64,000 nt of DNA from Octopus vulgaris (Eukaryota): assembly GCA_951406725.2 (NCBI GenBank), contig OX597816.1, positions 30,752,001 through 30,816,000 on the forward strand, read 5' to 3'. Below are positions 47,727 to 60,393 of this stretch, in pieces (position 1 is the stretch's first letter; each line of letters begins with the position of its first letter). A program made the position numbers and the translations under genes. The notes beneath the pieces are model-generated. The model searched no databases. It saw only the letters and a program-made list of their open reading frames with translations, and was not told the origin of the DNA.

Positions 47727-48296
47727 AAATGGCGGTGCCCCAGCATGGCCACAGCTCATGAGCTGAAACTGGAATCAATCAATCAATCATATACATAATA
47801 GGAAATAATATGTTATGCACATTTTTTGTATTTACTATAGGCTTACAGCTGTTGAACATATGCGTTTGGAGTTGTTCATGCTTCAATCTTATCAAGTGAC
47901 TGATTAAATGTAATGAACTAGGTGCTTAAAAACAATCTTCAGAGTCATAAAAAATCTACTGCCAAACTAGATTTGGTAGTAAGCTTACAGTAAGTGAATG
48001 TATGTTACGCGTTTTTTTTTCTATCTATTACATGTATCACCCTATAAAAGCATAATATATCGAGTAGATAATGGTACCATGGGTTTACAAATGCCACTGG
48101 AGATGTACTTTGATTTGGATTACATGGCGAACTAAACCGATCAGGAAACGTTTTTGTTAGGCTGGTTATCTTTATCTACAGAGAGCTTAAGATGTATTTT
48201 GCCTGGATTACTAATCTATTATTAATCTCTATTTGTTTTAAAAAATATATATATATATTTGTAAGGTTTGGGGATGAATTATTTGTTTCAGTCATG

Positions 48297-48411
<115 letters not shown>

Positions 48412-49085
48412 ATATATATAAGGCGGGAGGTGGGGGCAAAAGTAATTGGAGGCGTTCTATGTGGAACAAGTCTGTTGCAGTTAAATCTTCTAGAAGCCAG
48501 TTGATACGACCCTCAGGCAGAAGTCTGCCGACCGGTGTCGTCGATTCAAGTCGGATTGCCACGTGATTCGTCTTTGTTTTGCAGTTGTCAGGAGACTAAA
48601 GGGACCCACCTGTAGCTATAATGCAATCATTTAATTCTTTTCTTTTTTTTGTTAAAAAATATTATTTTCAATTGTGTACAAACACAGCCGGGCTGAAATA
48701 GTTAATGCATTCTTTCAGGAGCGAATTAAAATTTCTCAAGCTTGAGGGAATGGACCCCTTAAATACTATCATGGGCCCCCATTTATGGGTTCTAATGTCG
48801 CAGGGGCCCACTTGCCATCAGGCAAGCTGAAACGCATAATGCATTTTCGTGCACGTGCACACACACGCACACACACATGCATTGTCAAATACTTTCTTTA
48901 TACTAATTATTCAATAATGTTCTGGAATATTATTCCCCAGTGATTTTTATGCTGGTACTGCTACAAATCGCATTTGTTGTTCATTTATATCTCTTGGCAT
49001 TGATGTGTTTGGGGTGCTTCTGTTGATTAATCACAGTCTCATGGCTCACTGACAATTCTGTCTTTTAACCATCTATTCTGGTGGC

Positions 49086-49127
<42 letters not shown>

Positions 49128-49132
<5 letters not shown>

Positions 49133-49893
49133 AGATAGGGGTTGTAAATTCAACCCTCCATGGGATAACATATCCAATATACTGCTAGAGTATGCATCGA
49201 ATGCATCGAATGCATCTGTGAGTATATACTGCTAGAGTATTCATCGAATGCATCTGTGAAAATTAATACCATGCAAACAGAGGAATGTAACTGATTGCAT
49301 ATATATGCAGATATCCACTTGCCTTGGATGGTAGACACATTTTAATATATCGAACTGTTTAATATATATGCCTGCATTGAGTGTGAGTGTGTCTGTTGTG
49401 GTTTCTTGATGATGGTTGAGGAGCTGTGGAGTTCAATATGGAACATTATTGTGTTTGTTGATGTATATTGATCTATATTGTTTATATTGTATTATTGTGT
49501 ATATATATAAATGTATGAATATGAGTATGTATGCACTCATATTTATATTTATATGTAAATTATTTAGGATTTGTACTCATACTTGCATTAGAATCTCTGA
49601 AGAGGCCGTAAGATATTCTTGTTAATGTCTCATTTATACCTGCATTATATGGCTAATAGGTTAAATGAGACATACCTGTCTTCATGGCCGAAACAGCTGT
49701 CAGCTACAATGTAAATGTATTTTTATGTCTTGTTATATTTATTTAGTTATATTTCACCATATTGATTGTAATTATTGTACTGTATTTATGTATAATATCA
49801 TTGCTATTGTGTAGTGTTTTAATAAAGTATATGATTCGGTACTATCTGACAGTTGATGATTGATTTAGATATATTTCTCCATTTTCTCATTTT
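49128..49893 (+). mobile_element. Non-coding PLE-type element between (TA)n tracts with long-helix-II HHR
   Basis: HHR at 49593-49705, AATAAA at 49821, ends at (TA)n. Confidence 0.65.
49593..49705 (+). ncRNA. Type I hammerhead ribozyme, canonical core, extended helix II
   Basis: ATCT-CTGAAGA-GGCC...ATGTCTCATTTA...TAAATGAGACAT...GGCC-GAA-ACAGCTGT-C-AGCT; GUC site, predicted cut after 49701. Confidence 0.8.
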
Positions 49894-50069
49894 GTATATA
49901 TATATATATATATATTCACTGGAATGTTGCGGGTGTATTGTATAAAAAGGGATGTATTTTCATGTTTTTATTTTGTGTTATTGACTGTTCTTAGCAGTGT
50001 GGAAGGTGTTTATAAGCCATTTAAGAAACACGCAGAAACTGTTAGATTCACTTCAATATTTAAATTTAA

Positions 50070-50120
50070 TTTGCCAAAATATTTTCGTCGCTTTGAGACC
50101 GCCACCTGTTCACTGACAAA
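50070..50120 (-). ncRNA. Hammerhead-like motif with G3-C8 core
   Basis: Minus strand TTTGTCA-GTGAACA-G-GTGGC(GGTCTCAAA)GCGAC-GAA-AATATT-T-TGGCAAA; its tail runs to (TA)n at ~49915. Confidence 0.6.
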
Positions 50121-50396
50121 ATTCCGTGCTTGTTATTTATCTTCAGTTAAATTAAGTGGATATGTTAGCTGAATTAATTTGTTTAGAGAATATCTATGTT
50201 TCCGAGTGTGTGCCATTTTTAACGTTCCAGATTTTCCATTAGAAGAAGTAACTAGCTGAGAGAAAAAAATGTCTTTGTTGGGTGGGGTAATATATTTCAT
50301 GGGTGCTTCTTGTAAAATACATGGTTTTATAGATTTTTACTGTTGATTTCGTCAATGTCTTTCTCTCTCTCTTCTCTCTACGTGTGTATGGGTATG

Positions 50397-50441
<45 letters not shown>

Positions 50442-51084
50442 TGTCTGTCTGTGTATGTGTCTACTTGCCGGTTTGAGTTTTGTTTTAGGCAACGTTAAAA
50501 GATATGGTAACTTCTTTGTGAGTTTAATTTGTGTTTCATGGAGTGTTTTGAATCAAATATTTATGGTTCTTAATTTATTTCCCTGTGTATTTATTTCTGT
50601 ATATTTGAATGTATGAGTACGCTCTTGATCAAGGTTATTTTTCTATCTTCCTCTGTGCTTAAGTTTGATTTGAATTTGCTGTTTGCATTTCGATGTCGAT
50701 GATTTGTTTTAGTTTTTTTTGGCGTTGCAGTTATTGTGCACGAGTTAAAATCGCTAACAATTAATGTTTAAAAATTAGCTTATTTCTTACCTAGAGAATG
50801 TTCTATTCTTAATGATAGCCGAATGTTAGTATAAGTGATAGTGCAACACTTCTCTGTGATGCACAAGTGAATGTGTCCTGAACATTATGGTGCATTTGTT
50901 ATCTCCCTTGTTATGCTTGTATCTTCTATATACAGATGTTTCTTTTAACATGTATTATTCAATTGGGATATTTCTTTCTTTTAGCTTTACATTACGCAAA
51001 GTATGTGCGTGGTATATGTGTTTACTATTAAAATTAAAACTGGCACCAATGTAATAGTTTCCGAAGTATACTACTAGTCGTATT

Positions 51085-51295
51085 ATTAACTTCAAATTTT
51101 GGTACCAGGTCAGCAATTTCGGAGAAATGGATAAGTCGACTATATCGAACCCAGTGCTTATTTTATCGATCCTGATATGATGAAAGGCAAAATCATCTGC
51201 GGCTACATTTCAACTGAGAGCTAATAGATAGAAGAAATTCTGCTAAGTATTTTTCTCGGCGTGCTAACGATTCTGCTAGCAGCTCTTCACCTTGA
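51085..51295 (-). mobile_element. SINE family B, diverged
   Basis: TAAGTCGACTATATCGAACCCAGTG...TGAAAGGCAAA...GCGTGCTAACGATTCTGC. Confidence 0.75.
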
Positions 51296-52627
51296 CTACT
51301 TAGTCATAATATTGATATGTCAACTATATGAGTTTACAGAATTGTTCAACATTATCAGTATATTCTTGTTTAGGTAAGGTTAAATGAATTCCAAGTGCTG
51401 TGGTGCAGGTTACCTAGTCAGCATTTTAGATTTTCCGCTGTGTAACAGAATTTCGCATTGAGTGCTGTGTACTGGCGTTTGTCTAACAATCTATTTCTGT
51501 TGTGGTAATAGACGTAGAGTATCCATAGCAGTGTTGTTAAAACTCTATTTCACACTCATAGAGTCTTAGAATTGATCCTATGGCAAAACATCAACAAGAC
51601 TTACGCCATATATTCTATTTGACTATAGCGTTATGAATTAACTGTTGTTCAGAAAAATTGCATTGTAGTGTGTCTGTTAAAAATATTAGTTTATTATTTA
51701 CAGACCACTCTCGTTCTCCTCCTTAATTAAGCAAGGAGTGCAAGCAATACTGAAAAAGTCACACGTTAATTTAATCGAGATGTAGCTTTTGTTGGGACAC
51801 TGTTCATCGTAGAAACCGACAATATACATATATGATAAGGAAAAAAAAGAATATATAATATGGAAATATTTTTTCATATGTTCTCTCACTCATAAGAAAA
51901 AGATCTCGCATAATAATTATAGAGCAAAGAAAAATATAAAATTATTCTCTCTCCATAAAGGGAAATTTCAACCTCCCTTCTATTTCTTAGTAAACTCTCT
52001 TTCTTTTCCACTCTTACTTCAAAAGCAACCGCAGGTGGCAGCATCAACAGTCGTGAGTCAAATTTCCCATGTATAATATACATACATATATGTGTGTGTG
52101 TGTGTATTATGTATGTGTGTGTACGTGTGTATGTATGCGTATGTATCTGTGGAATACTTTTCATAAGATATACGCAGAGGTATAATGCAATTCAGCATTT
52201 AAATTTGCGCAAAACGGGTGTGACTTTTATAATGTATATAAGTAATTGCACACCTGTAGTGACATGTACAGATGCACACACAAAACAAATCTAATTTCTT
52301 CATATGCGTACACATACACGCACGAGCGCACACACAGACGCATGCGCGCACACATACATACGCACACGCACACAAGCACTTTGTGTGTGTGCACTATGAT
52401 TGTATAAGTATGTGTATAATCGATGAATCAATAGCTTCATTCTTATGTATATGAGAGCGTGTGTGAGTGTGTTTTCTAAAGTAATTACTCGTATCTGATA
52501 GCTATCGAAAATATTAATTAATATTCTTTTATACAATCCTTTAATAAGAGATAAGTTATCAGTAAGTTTCAAACTGGAAAGATTAGCAATGTTCGAAATA
52601 ACGTTTTTTCTCCTTATATGGTTATAG

Positions 52628-52856
<229 letters not shown>

Positions 52857-54162
52857 GGCTAAAATAATTTCATTGAGAAAGTGTAAAATGTAATATGTAA
52901 ATTAATAAATGTTCATATATTTATAAATATAGAAAATGGTTTCCTTTTGGTTATCATACGTACGTAGACATAACATTTACACACAGCCAATGAACACTAA
53001 CACATATAGGCATATTTACGCGTAACATCTTACTTTTAATATCTAAAAGATACACGCGTATATATGCTCATAATTAAAAATAAACAAGTAGATATATACG
53101 TATGAAAATAAATAATAATGCGTAATACTATGTTATAAGAGTAAACGAAACTTAAGATGTAGTATTACGTGCTTCTTATTTCCGACATTCGTGAGAAAAT
53201 TACTAACTAGATCATTAAGAATACATTTAAATACACGAGATGTTCAGATATAGTTAAATCCAAAGCATATTTTGACCGGATAAAATTTAAACATAATACT
53301 TGAAATATACTTGACTTAATTCCGTATTCTGAAGCAGATGACTTTTATATTGTCTGTTTTTATTCGGTTGCTTTTGTTTTTAAATGGCTGCTCTTTCGCA
53401 CCGTGCATTTACTCTGGATTCATAGCCGGAGATCGCGTCATCCATAGCTGTAAGAACCAGCACCATCTGGTCAGCTTCGTTGAAATCATTTGATTTAATC
53501 ATTTGATTCAGTCTTTTGGATCTGCTGTTATTTAACTGAAGTCTTCTTCTCTTTCACTACTCTTGCTCATTACTGCCAACATGTCTGGTTCAGTTTCCAA
53601 CTTTCTGGGAATTTCCGCTAATAATTCTGTAATCCCAGGTTCGAACTTTAAGATGTTTATCACTGTGTTACTTGTTCGCAAAATAACTAGAATATATGAC
53701 GGGTTTGTTGACAAGAGCCCCACAAAGAAACATATCTTGGTTAAAAAGAAGTAGATTCCGCAAAATTAGTAGAAAAGGGCTTGCCTCAATTTGAAAGGCA
53801 TGATTTGATGACGATCTTTCGAAGATCATCAGCTTGAATGTGATACATACAATTCCTACCAGTCTTCTATTCCATGAAGATAATCAAAGTCACAACCAAT
53901 GAATGAAATCACTTGATATGATAAAAGGTGTAGCTTAGTATCTCTCAAAGCAGAGTTTAATGTCTTACAAAATGAGAAAGAATTTCAACGTTCAATCTAT
54001 TTCATTTTGCATCTAAATAGAGAATTATCATATTTGGAAAACATCTGATCATAGTTCTGCTTATTCAGGGCTGCCTTAGTGGGTAGAAAATAACGACTAC
54101 AAAAGCAACAGAAACAATGACAGGGAGAATAACAACAGAAACCCCTGTTACTGCTGCTGCTG

Positions 54163-54213
<51 letters not shown>

Positions 54214-55068
54214 TGCTGCTGCTGCTGCTACTACTACTACTACTACTGCTCTGCTGCTGCTGCTACTACTACTACTACTGCTCTGCTGCTGCTGCCACTA
54301 CTACTACTACTACTACTACATAAAAATCGTTAAGAAAAGCTGAGACAAAAAAATAATACTCTATTAATAAAATTCATGAAATCGATGGAGAATACTTTCA
54401 CTGCAAAATTAGACCCATAGAAGCGATATATAATTAAAGAGCAGGAATTTCAAGAAAGACATGAAAGCTATAGGAGAAAGTGAAGACAAAATTTATCAAA
54501 AGATAAGATATACGGAAATATTTTTTCAAAATATATTTTTCGCTGATTAAAATCACAGAAACAGTAACAATATATTTATATGAGTTTTGCCAGAAGTGAA
54601 GGAAAAGGAATGCAGATTTTAAGAATATCTTATAGTATATGTTGGTAAAACTGCATGTTGGAAGTTGTTTCGTCTCCATTCCATATAAGCTGTTATATTT
54701 CAAACTTATAAAATGCTTATCTACATATAAACTTTCAGAATCGGATTAAATCCACTGTAAAGATGTTCTTATTTATAAGGTGCGACGGAGAGACCTTCCA
54801 TGTAATAGAGGACCACTAGAATGACGCTTATAAAGGAAGCGCTGATAGACATTGGCAGCAGAAACGGCTGTTAGAAAAGATAAATAATAATAATCGTTGA
54901 TAGTCAATTTGTTTGTTGATCAAGAATTTTGCAATTGTGTTTTCAGTTACTGTACTTCCTTGGATGTATATATATTTGTGAGAATACTTATGAAATATTT
55001 TATCAAGGATAGTAAATGTGAGGCTATCTTTTGCCGCACACTGTATCTACGTATACGTACATTTATAC

Positions 55069-55126
<58 letters not shown>

Positions 55127-55953
55127 CATATATATACATATATATATACATATATATATATATATAAATATATACATATATATATGTATATATATACATA
55201 TCTATATATATATATACATATGCATGTATGTATATATGTAAAAATATATATATTCATATATATATATATATTTATGTATGTATATATAGAGATATAAACA
55301 TGTATAGTATATGCATATGTATAGGTATCTATATAGGTATATTTAAGGAGAAAATATAAACACACTAATATTGACGTTATGAATTTGTTTATATCTTCCC
55401 CAAAAGAGATGAAAGGAAAAAATATATATACATAAGAATCATTTATACACACTTCGCACACATATTTCCGAGGAATAAAAAAGAGAACACTCTCTTGAAT
55501 ATCCCAAGCATACGTTCCATGCCTTAAGTATAAAACATAAAAACGACTGAAGAGTGAATTCTCCGATGTGTAGGCCTAAGTACCGTAATAGCGAGTAGAA
55601 ATGATAAAGTAGCGAGGTTATGTGTAGAACAGGAAATAAATAAGGTTGAGATTAAGTTAATTTAAAGAAGCTAACCGATGGTGTAGAAAGTTAAGTTAAA
55701 GTAAAATTAATTGCAACTAATTCTACTTTAACTTTTTACACCATGGGTATTTTCTAGTTTAGTCATTTACTCTACGATTTCAAGCGTTACACTGCAAAAA
55801 TGGTATGATTCAAATATATTAAACCTTCGTTCCTAATCTCCAGGCCCCGTTCTTTTCTCTTCTCTTTTAGTTTATGTATTTTTCTGCACTCTAATGAAGC
55901 TTCATGTATCAGATTGGATGTGCTATAGAATATGACGAATATTATTCTCAGAA

Positions 55954-56070
55954 TTTTCTTTGGCAGCGCTGACGGACATTGGCAGCAGAAACGGCTGTTA
56001 GAAAAGATAAATTTTGTATTGAAAAAATAATAATCGATGATAGTCAATTTGTTTGTTGATCAAGAATTTT
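55954..56070 (+). repeat. Degenerate HHR-like tail; partial direct copy at 54841-54930
   Basis: TTTTCT-TTGGCAG-CGCTG...CAGCA-GAA-ACGGCTGT-T-AGAAAA; GACATTGGCAGCAGAAACGGCTGTTAGAAAAGATAAAT and GATAGTCAATTTGTTTGTTGATCAAGAATTTT occur at both sites. Confidence 0.6.
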
Positions 56071-56158
56071 CTCTATTTTCTAATTAATTTAGATACAATT
56101 CCTTGAGATGTTTGTCTTGCCTTAACATTTGTTGTCCTTTTTAACAATTATATTTAGA

Positions 56159-56259
<101 letters not shown>

Positions 56260-56260
56260 T

Positions 56261-56307
<47 letters not shown>

Positions 56308-56752
56308 ATGTGTGTGTTCGTCTATCTATCTATCTATCTATCTATCCATCCATCTATCCATCATTCTCCCCTCCCTCCCACTTTCCCTCCCAGAACAATC
56401 CTCAGACACTACCCACATGACAACGAATTATAAATGGAACGAGAGAAAAAGCGAGAAGGAAGTATACTCCGTTTTAATTTGTTTTATTAAGTGGACAGTG
56501 TATCTTGAATTTGTGCTGCGATACCAGACATCGTATACATCAATGTTTGGCCAGTTCTCAGTCTATGAAACTAATACTAGCATATAAAAACATATATTTT
56601 GTTTATTGCATAACAATTTTCTCCTAGCAGATGGAGTACATTTTTCGCGTTGAATTACCATCACAGACAGTACAGTATGCACGCACACACACACCCACTC
56701 ACATACATGCATACATATGCATACATACATACACACACACACAATATATATA

Positions 56753-57155
56753 TACTCTTTTACTCTTTTACTTGTTTCAGTCATTTGACGCGGCCATGCT
56801 GGAGCACCGCCTTTAGTCGAGCAAATCGAACCCGGGACTTATTCTTTGTAAGCCCAGTACTTATTCTATCGGTCTCTTTTGCCGAACCGCTAAGTGACGG
56901 GGACGTAAACACACCACCATCGGTTGTCAAGCAATGCTAGGGAGACAAACACAGACAAACAAACACACACACATATATATATATTTACATATATACGACA
57001 GGCTTCTTTCAGTTTCCGCCTACCAAATCTACTCACAAGGCATTGGTCGGCCCGGGGCTATAGCAGAAGACACTTACCCAAGATGCCACGCAGTGGGACT
57101 GACCTGGAACCATGTGGTTGGTAAGCAAGCTACTAACCACACAGCCACTCCTGCG

Positions 57156-57158
<3 letters not shown>
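56753..57158 (-). mobile_element. tRNA-derived SINE family C, full length
   Basis: Head AGGCGCAGGAGTGGCTGTGTGG, central CTTGGGTAAGTGTCTT, internal microsatellite, tail GGCGGTGCTCCAGCATGGCC...(GTAAAAGA)n. Confidence 0.9.
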
Positions 57159-57206
<48 letters not shown>

Positions 57207-57430
57207 TGCAATAGAGACAGAAGCAGGGTCAGTTCCAAGTAAGAATCTGTATATTTTACTTAAGATGAATGTACTATATACGAAATCCTTTATAGTCCGG
57301 TATTTATAAAGAGAAAGCATTGCGTATATATGTATGTCGGTGAACAGACTAACACTACAGTATTATGGTTTTCTTACAGTATATCCAAGTCAAACAAGAC
57401 TACACACACACATATATAGATGTATGTATG

Positions 57431-57491
<61 letters not shown>

Positions 57492-57535
57492 AGCTACTTC
57501 TATATTATTTCTACTCGCTATTACGGTCTATCTCT

Positions 57536-57706
57536 CTATCCGCTCAGTCGAAGTCGACTCTCGGTTACCTCATAGATCAGTGTCTTCCAGTCAGTTTTAT
57601 CCTGGGCCGCTCCTTTCAGATTGGCTATGTCCATTCCGGTATCATTCTTGATTGTGTCAAGCCAGCGGGTTCTTGGTCGGCCTCTTCCTCTCTTGCCACT
57701 GACCAT
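57536..57706 (-). mobile_element. RTE-clade LINE 3' end fragment
   Basis: MVSGKRGRGRPRTRWLDTIKNDTGMDIANLKGAAQDKTDWKTLIYEVTESRLRLSG*, the typical RTE ORF C-terminus (GRPxxRWxD...W). Confidence 0.88.
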
Positions 57707-58369
57707 ATGTGTGTAAGCGTTTACGAATGTTTTTGTTTACCTCAGTTTCATAATAATTCCGTATGCTAACATTGATTGAATAAGTCAGTAATCGTCTGTC
57801 ATTTGATAGAGGCAAATACATAAGTAACACATCTTACATTCATTTGCAGTCAACAACATCACTACGACCCTGAGAGAATGTACGATACGAACTGTTTTTA
57901 CAACGGCATGTTCAAATCGATCAGGATTGGCAATTGCAATACATGAATTTCAAAGTTGTATCCTAGTATATATTGATCTTGAAAGACAGCGGAAAGTTTG
58001 CCTGCCTAAACTCAACATCAGAGCTGCTTCTTATTTCAGAGATAAAATGTATGCATTAAATTGAAATTATTTTAATGCATTAAACATAAGTTACCATTTA
58101 TATGAAAAAATTAATATTTATAACTTTGGATTGTGTAGACATTGCGCCTTAATATGCCTGTAATTATATACAGAAATATAAGAATATATGAGTTTGCATG
58201 TGTCTGTGTGTGGGTCATATTTTTATGTGAATATATATATATATACATACACAAACATACATTAGTCTATCTCTATCTGTCTATCTGTATCTCTCTCTCT
58301 ACATATATATATCAAGGTGTTTATTATATTTTATTTATATCTTTTACGTTTACACTTTTATTCTTTTAT

Positions 58370-58490
58370 TGTTTTACCATTTTTCAGTCATTTAACTGTG
58401 GCCATGCTGGAGCACTGCCTTTCAGTCGAAGAAATTGTCCCCTTAGACTTTTTGTTTGTAAGCCTGCTGTTTATGTTATCAGTCACCTCT
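58370..58490 (-). mobile_element. SINE family C, 3' fragment
   Basis: TTTCAGTCATTTAACTGTGGCCATGCTGGAGCAC. Confidence 0.75.
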
Positions 58491-58527
58491 AAGTCTCTCT
58501 AAAGGAGATTACGGCAGCGTTACTGGA

Positions 58528-58766
58528 AATTAATAATTATCGCCATACTACGCTGCATTGATAAAGGGCAAATACCCTGAAACATGTCTGCAGCTGTCTG
58601 ACTGGCAGGATGAAGCGGCTGACGTCCCCTGTTCGAAGGTTTATAATGGACGCAGGTTGTGTGTCAAATAGCTAGCTTGAGGCGGTGGCCTCTTGGAGCT
58701 AATCAGCGACAGCTTTAGTCTTATATTTATAAGACTGCCATATAAGTATGGCGATAACTATTAATT
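58528..58766 (+). mobile_element. Family P2 HHR element with a 22-bp inverted copy of its 3' end at the 5' end
   Basis: AATTAATAATTATCGCCATACT (58528-58549) vs AGTATGGCGATAACTATTAATT (58745-58766); aligns with 45601-45810. Confidence 0.8.
58552..58594 (+). ncRNA. Minimal type I hammerhead ribozyme, U3-A8 core
   Basis: GCTGCA-TTGATAA-AGGG(CAAATA)CCCT-GAA-ACATGT-C-TGCAGC; predicted cut after 58588. Confidence 0.82.
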
Positions 58767-58892
58767 TTATATATATATATTGTTAAATTCCGTTGTTGTA
58801 TTTTTCATTTTGCTTTCACTCCAAATGACCAAACGCAGTATATAATCATTCATCATTCCTTTATTGTTTTTATTTTAACATCTGTCCCCATT

Positions 58893-58935
58893 GTCTGGAA
58901 ATCTTTCGTCACACATCTGTGACCACTTCAGCGGC
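58893..58935 (-). ncRNA. Degenerate hammerhead-like motif in a minus-strand tail ending at (TA)n ~58781
   Basis: CTGAAGT-G-GTCACA(GATG)TGTGAC-GAA-AGATTT-C-CAGAC, followed by AATAAA; A9 and helix I are damaged. Confidence 0.5.
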
Positions 58936-59180
58936 TCTTCAATCCCACGTGATTCCTCCTCTCCTGTTTAGTCCACTAAGACACACAAACACACATAGAC
59001 ACACACACATATACACACACACACACATATACACACACACGCACGCGCAAGCACATGTACATAGACTTGAAAATTCTTGAAATATTTGTAGAGTAATACA
59101 ATACAGTAAGTTGGAAAAATAGTTTGTATTATATATTCACCGTAACACTTGTTCCATTTGCAGATGTGAATTACCAACTT

Positions 59181-59435
59181 TTACGTACATTATTTACAAT
59201 GGACGGATAGGTGTCCTCACCTTGGTTCTTGTTATCACAACGTTTCAACTGGTGTACTCTCCAGCCTTTATCAGGTGTTCTGGCGGTTGGGTTCCAAATC
59301 CCATCACAATACCTGATAAAGGCTGGAGAGTATATCAACCGAAATGTTGTGATAACAACAACAAAGATGAGGACACCTACCTGTCCATTGTAAATAATGT
59401 ACATAATTCCTCGTCTCAAGAATATAGAATAGTAT
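59181..59435. mobile_element. Inverted pair of PLE-type HHR tails, same family as 33354-33480
   Basis: 59181-59279 is the approximate reverse complement of 59308-59406; both arms read CTGATAA-AGGCTGGAGAGTA...GAAA(C/T)GTTGTG. Confidence 0.85.
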
Positions 59436-59984
59436 CAACTTTTACATGTTAGATAAAGATGTACGAAAATTCCAATTAGAAATTCTTCAGAAAGAGCAAC
59501 AAATTATAAAAGTAAAAACACAGAGAAAACATTATTTTTGTCTCTGACTGAAGAATTTATAATAGGAAATTTCTTATATATTTATTCAATACGTAAAACA
59601 TTGTAATTTCTATTAGTAAACAAAACATTTGTAATGATTGATAAATAATACTCCAAATAATACCCCAATACATACACATATATGCGTATCAAATAATATA
59701 TATCTATATATTTTTGACGTCATAAGAGGTTTATAAACTTTTCTAAGAAATGAAACAATTCTCCCTTGGAGTACGGTTCACGAAGCTCAAATGTACAATT
59801 AAAAATAATAGCACGCACAGTGGCAGCCACAGGTACGGATACACGCATACACACACATATACACATTTATATATACACACACACCTCAACCTCGCATATC
59901 ATACCCACCCTTCTCCTTGAGCCCCCAACCTGTGTGACCTACTATTCCACAGCTTCTTCCCTCACCCCACCTTCCAACCTGGCC

Positions 59985-60393
59985 CATTCCCCTATTCTGG
60001 CTCAACGCGGCCGCACTTGCTACTACCTCTCCAACACCACCATCCTCACAGGCACCCTTTTCTCCCTATCATATCACCGATTCCTTTACCTGTACTTCTA
60101 GCAACGTCATTTATTGCATCGCATGCTCTTTCTGCCCTTCTCTGAACATCGGTCAAACGGAACGACGATTGGCTGTTCCCTTCGCGGAGCACCTCCCAGG
60201 CATCAGACTCGGCAATAACACTCCGGTCGTGCGCCATTTCCGCTCTACTGGTCATGAGCTACAACACCAGTCTGTGTTCGGATTGTCTTTGTTCAGAGGC
60301 CATCAGGACTCCCGCCTTCGTCGTGAACAGAATTTGATCTCTCTACATTCCTTTCGGCCACAAGGTCTCAAATCGCGTCCTCTCTTCATCTGA
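59985..60393 (+). mobile_element. Penelope-like GIY-YIG endonuclease remnant (Neptune-type Cys linker)
   Basis: RTCYYLSNTT / YHITDSFTCTSSNVIYCIACSFCPSLNIGQTERRLAVPFAEHL...HF...REQNLI...PQGL; one frameshift near 60060. Confidence 0.92.

Noticed and set aside
53380-54013. Coding-looking minus-strand segment (…FEPGITELLAEIPRKLETEPD… / …NDFNEADQMVLVLTAMDD…)
   Set aside because: Pieces lie in different frames with stops and no recognisable domain; cannot be called a gene or pseudogene without a homology search.
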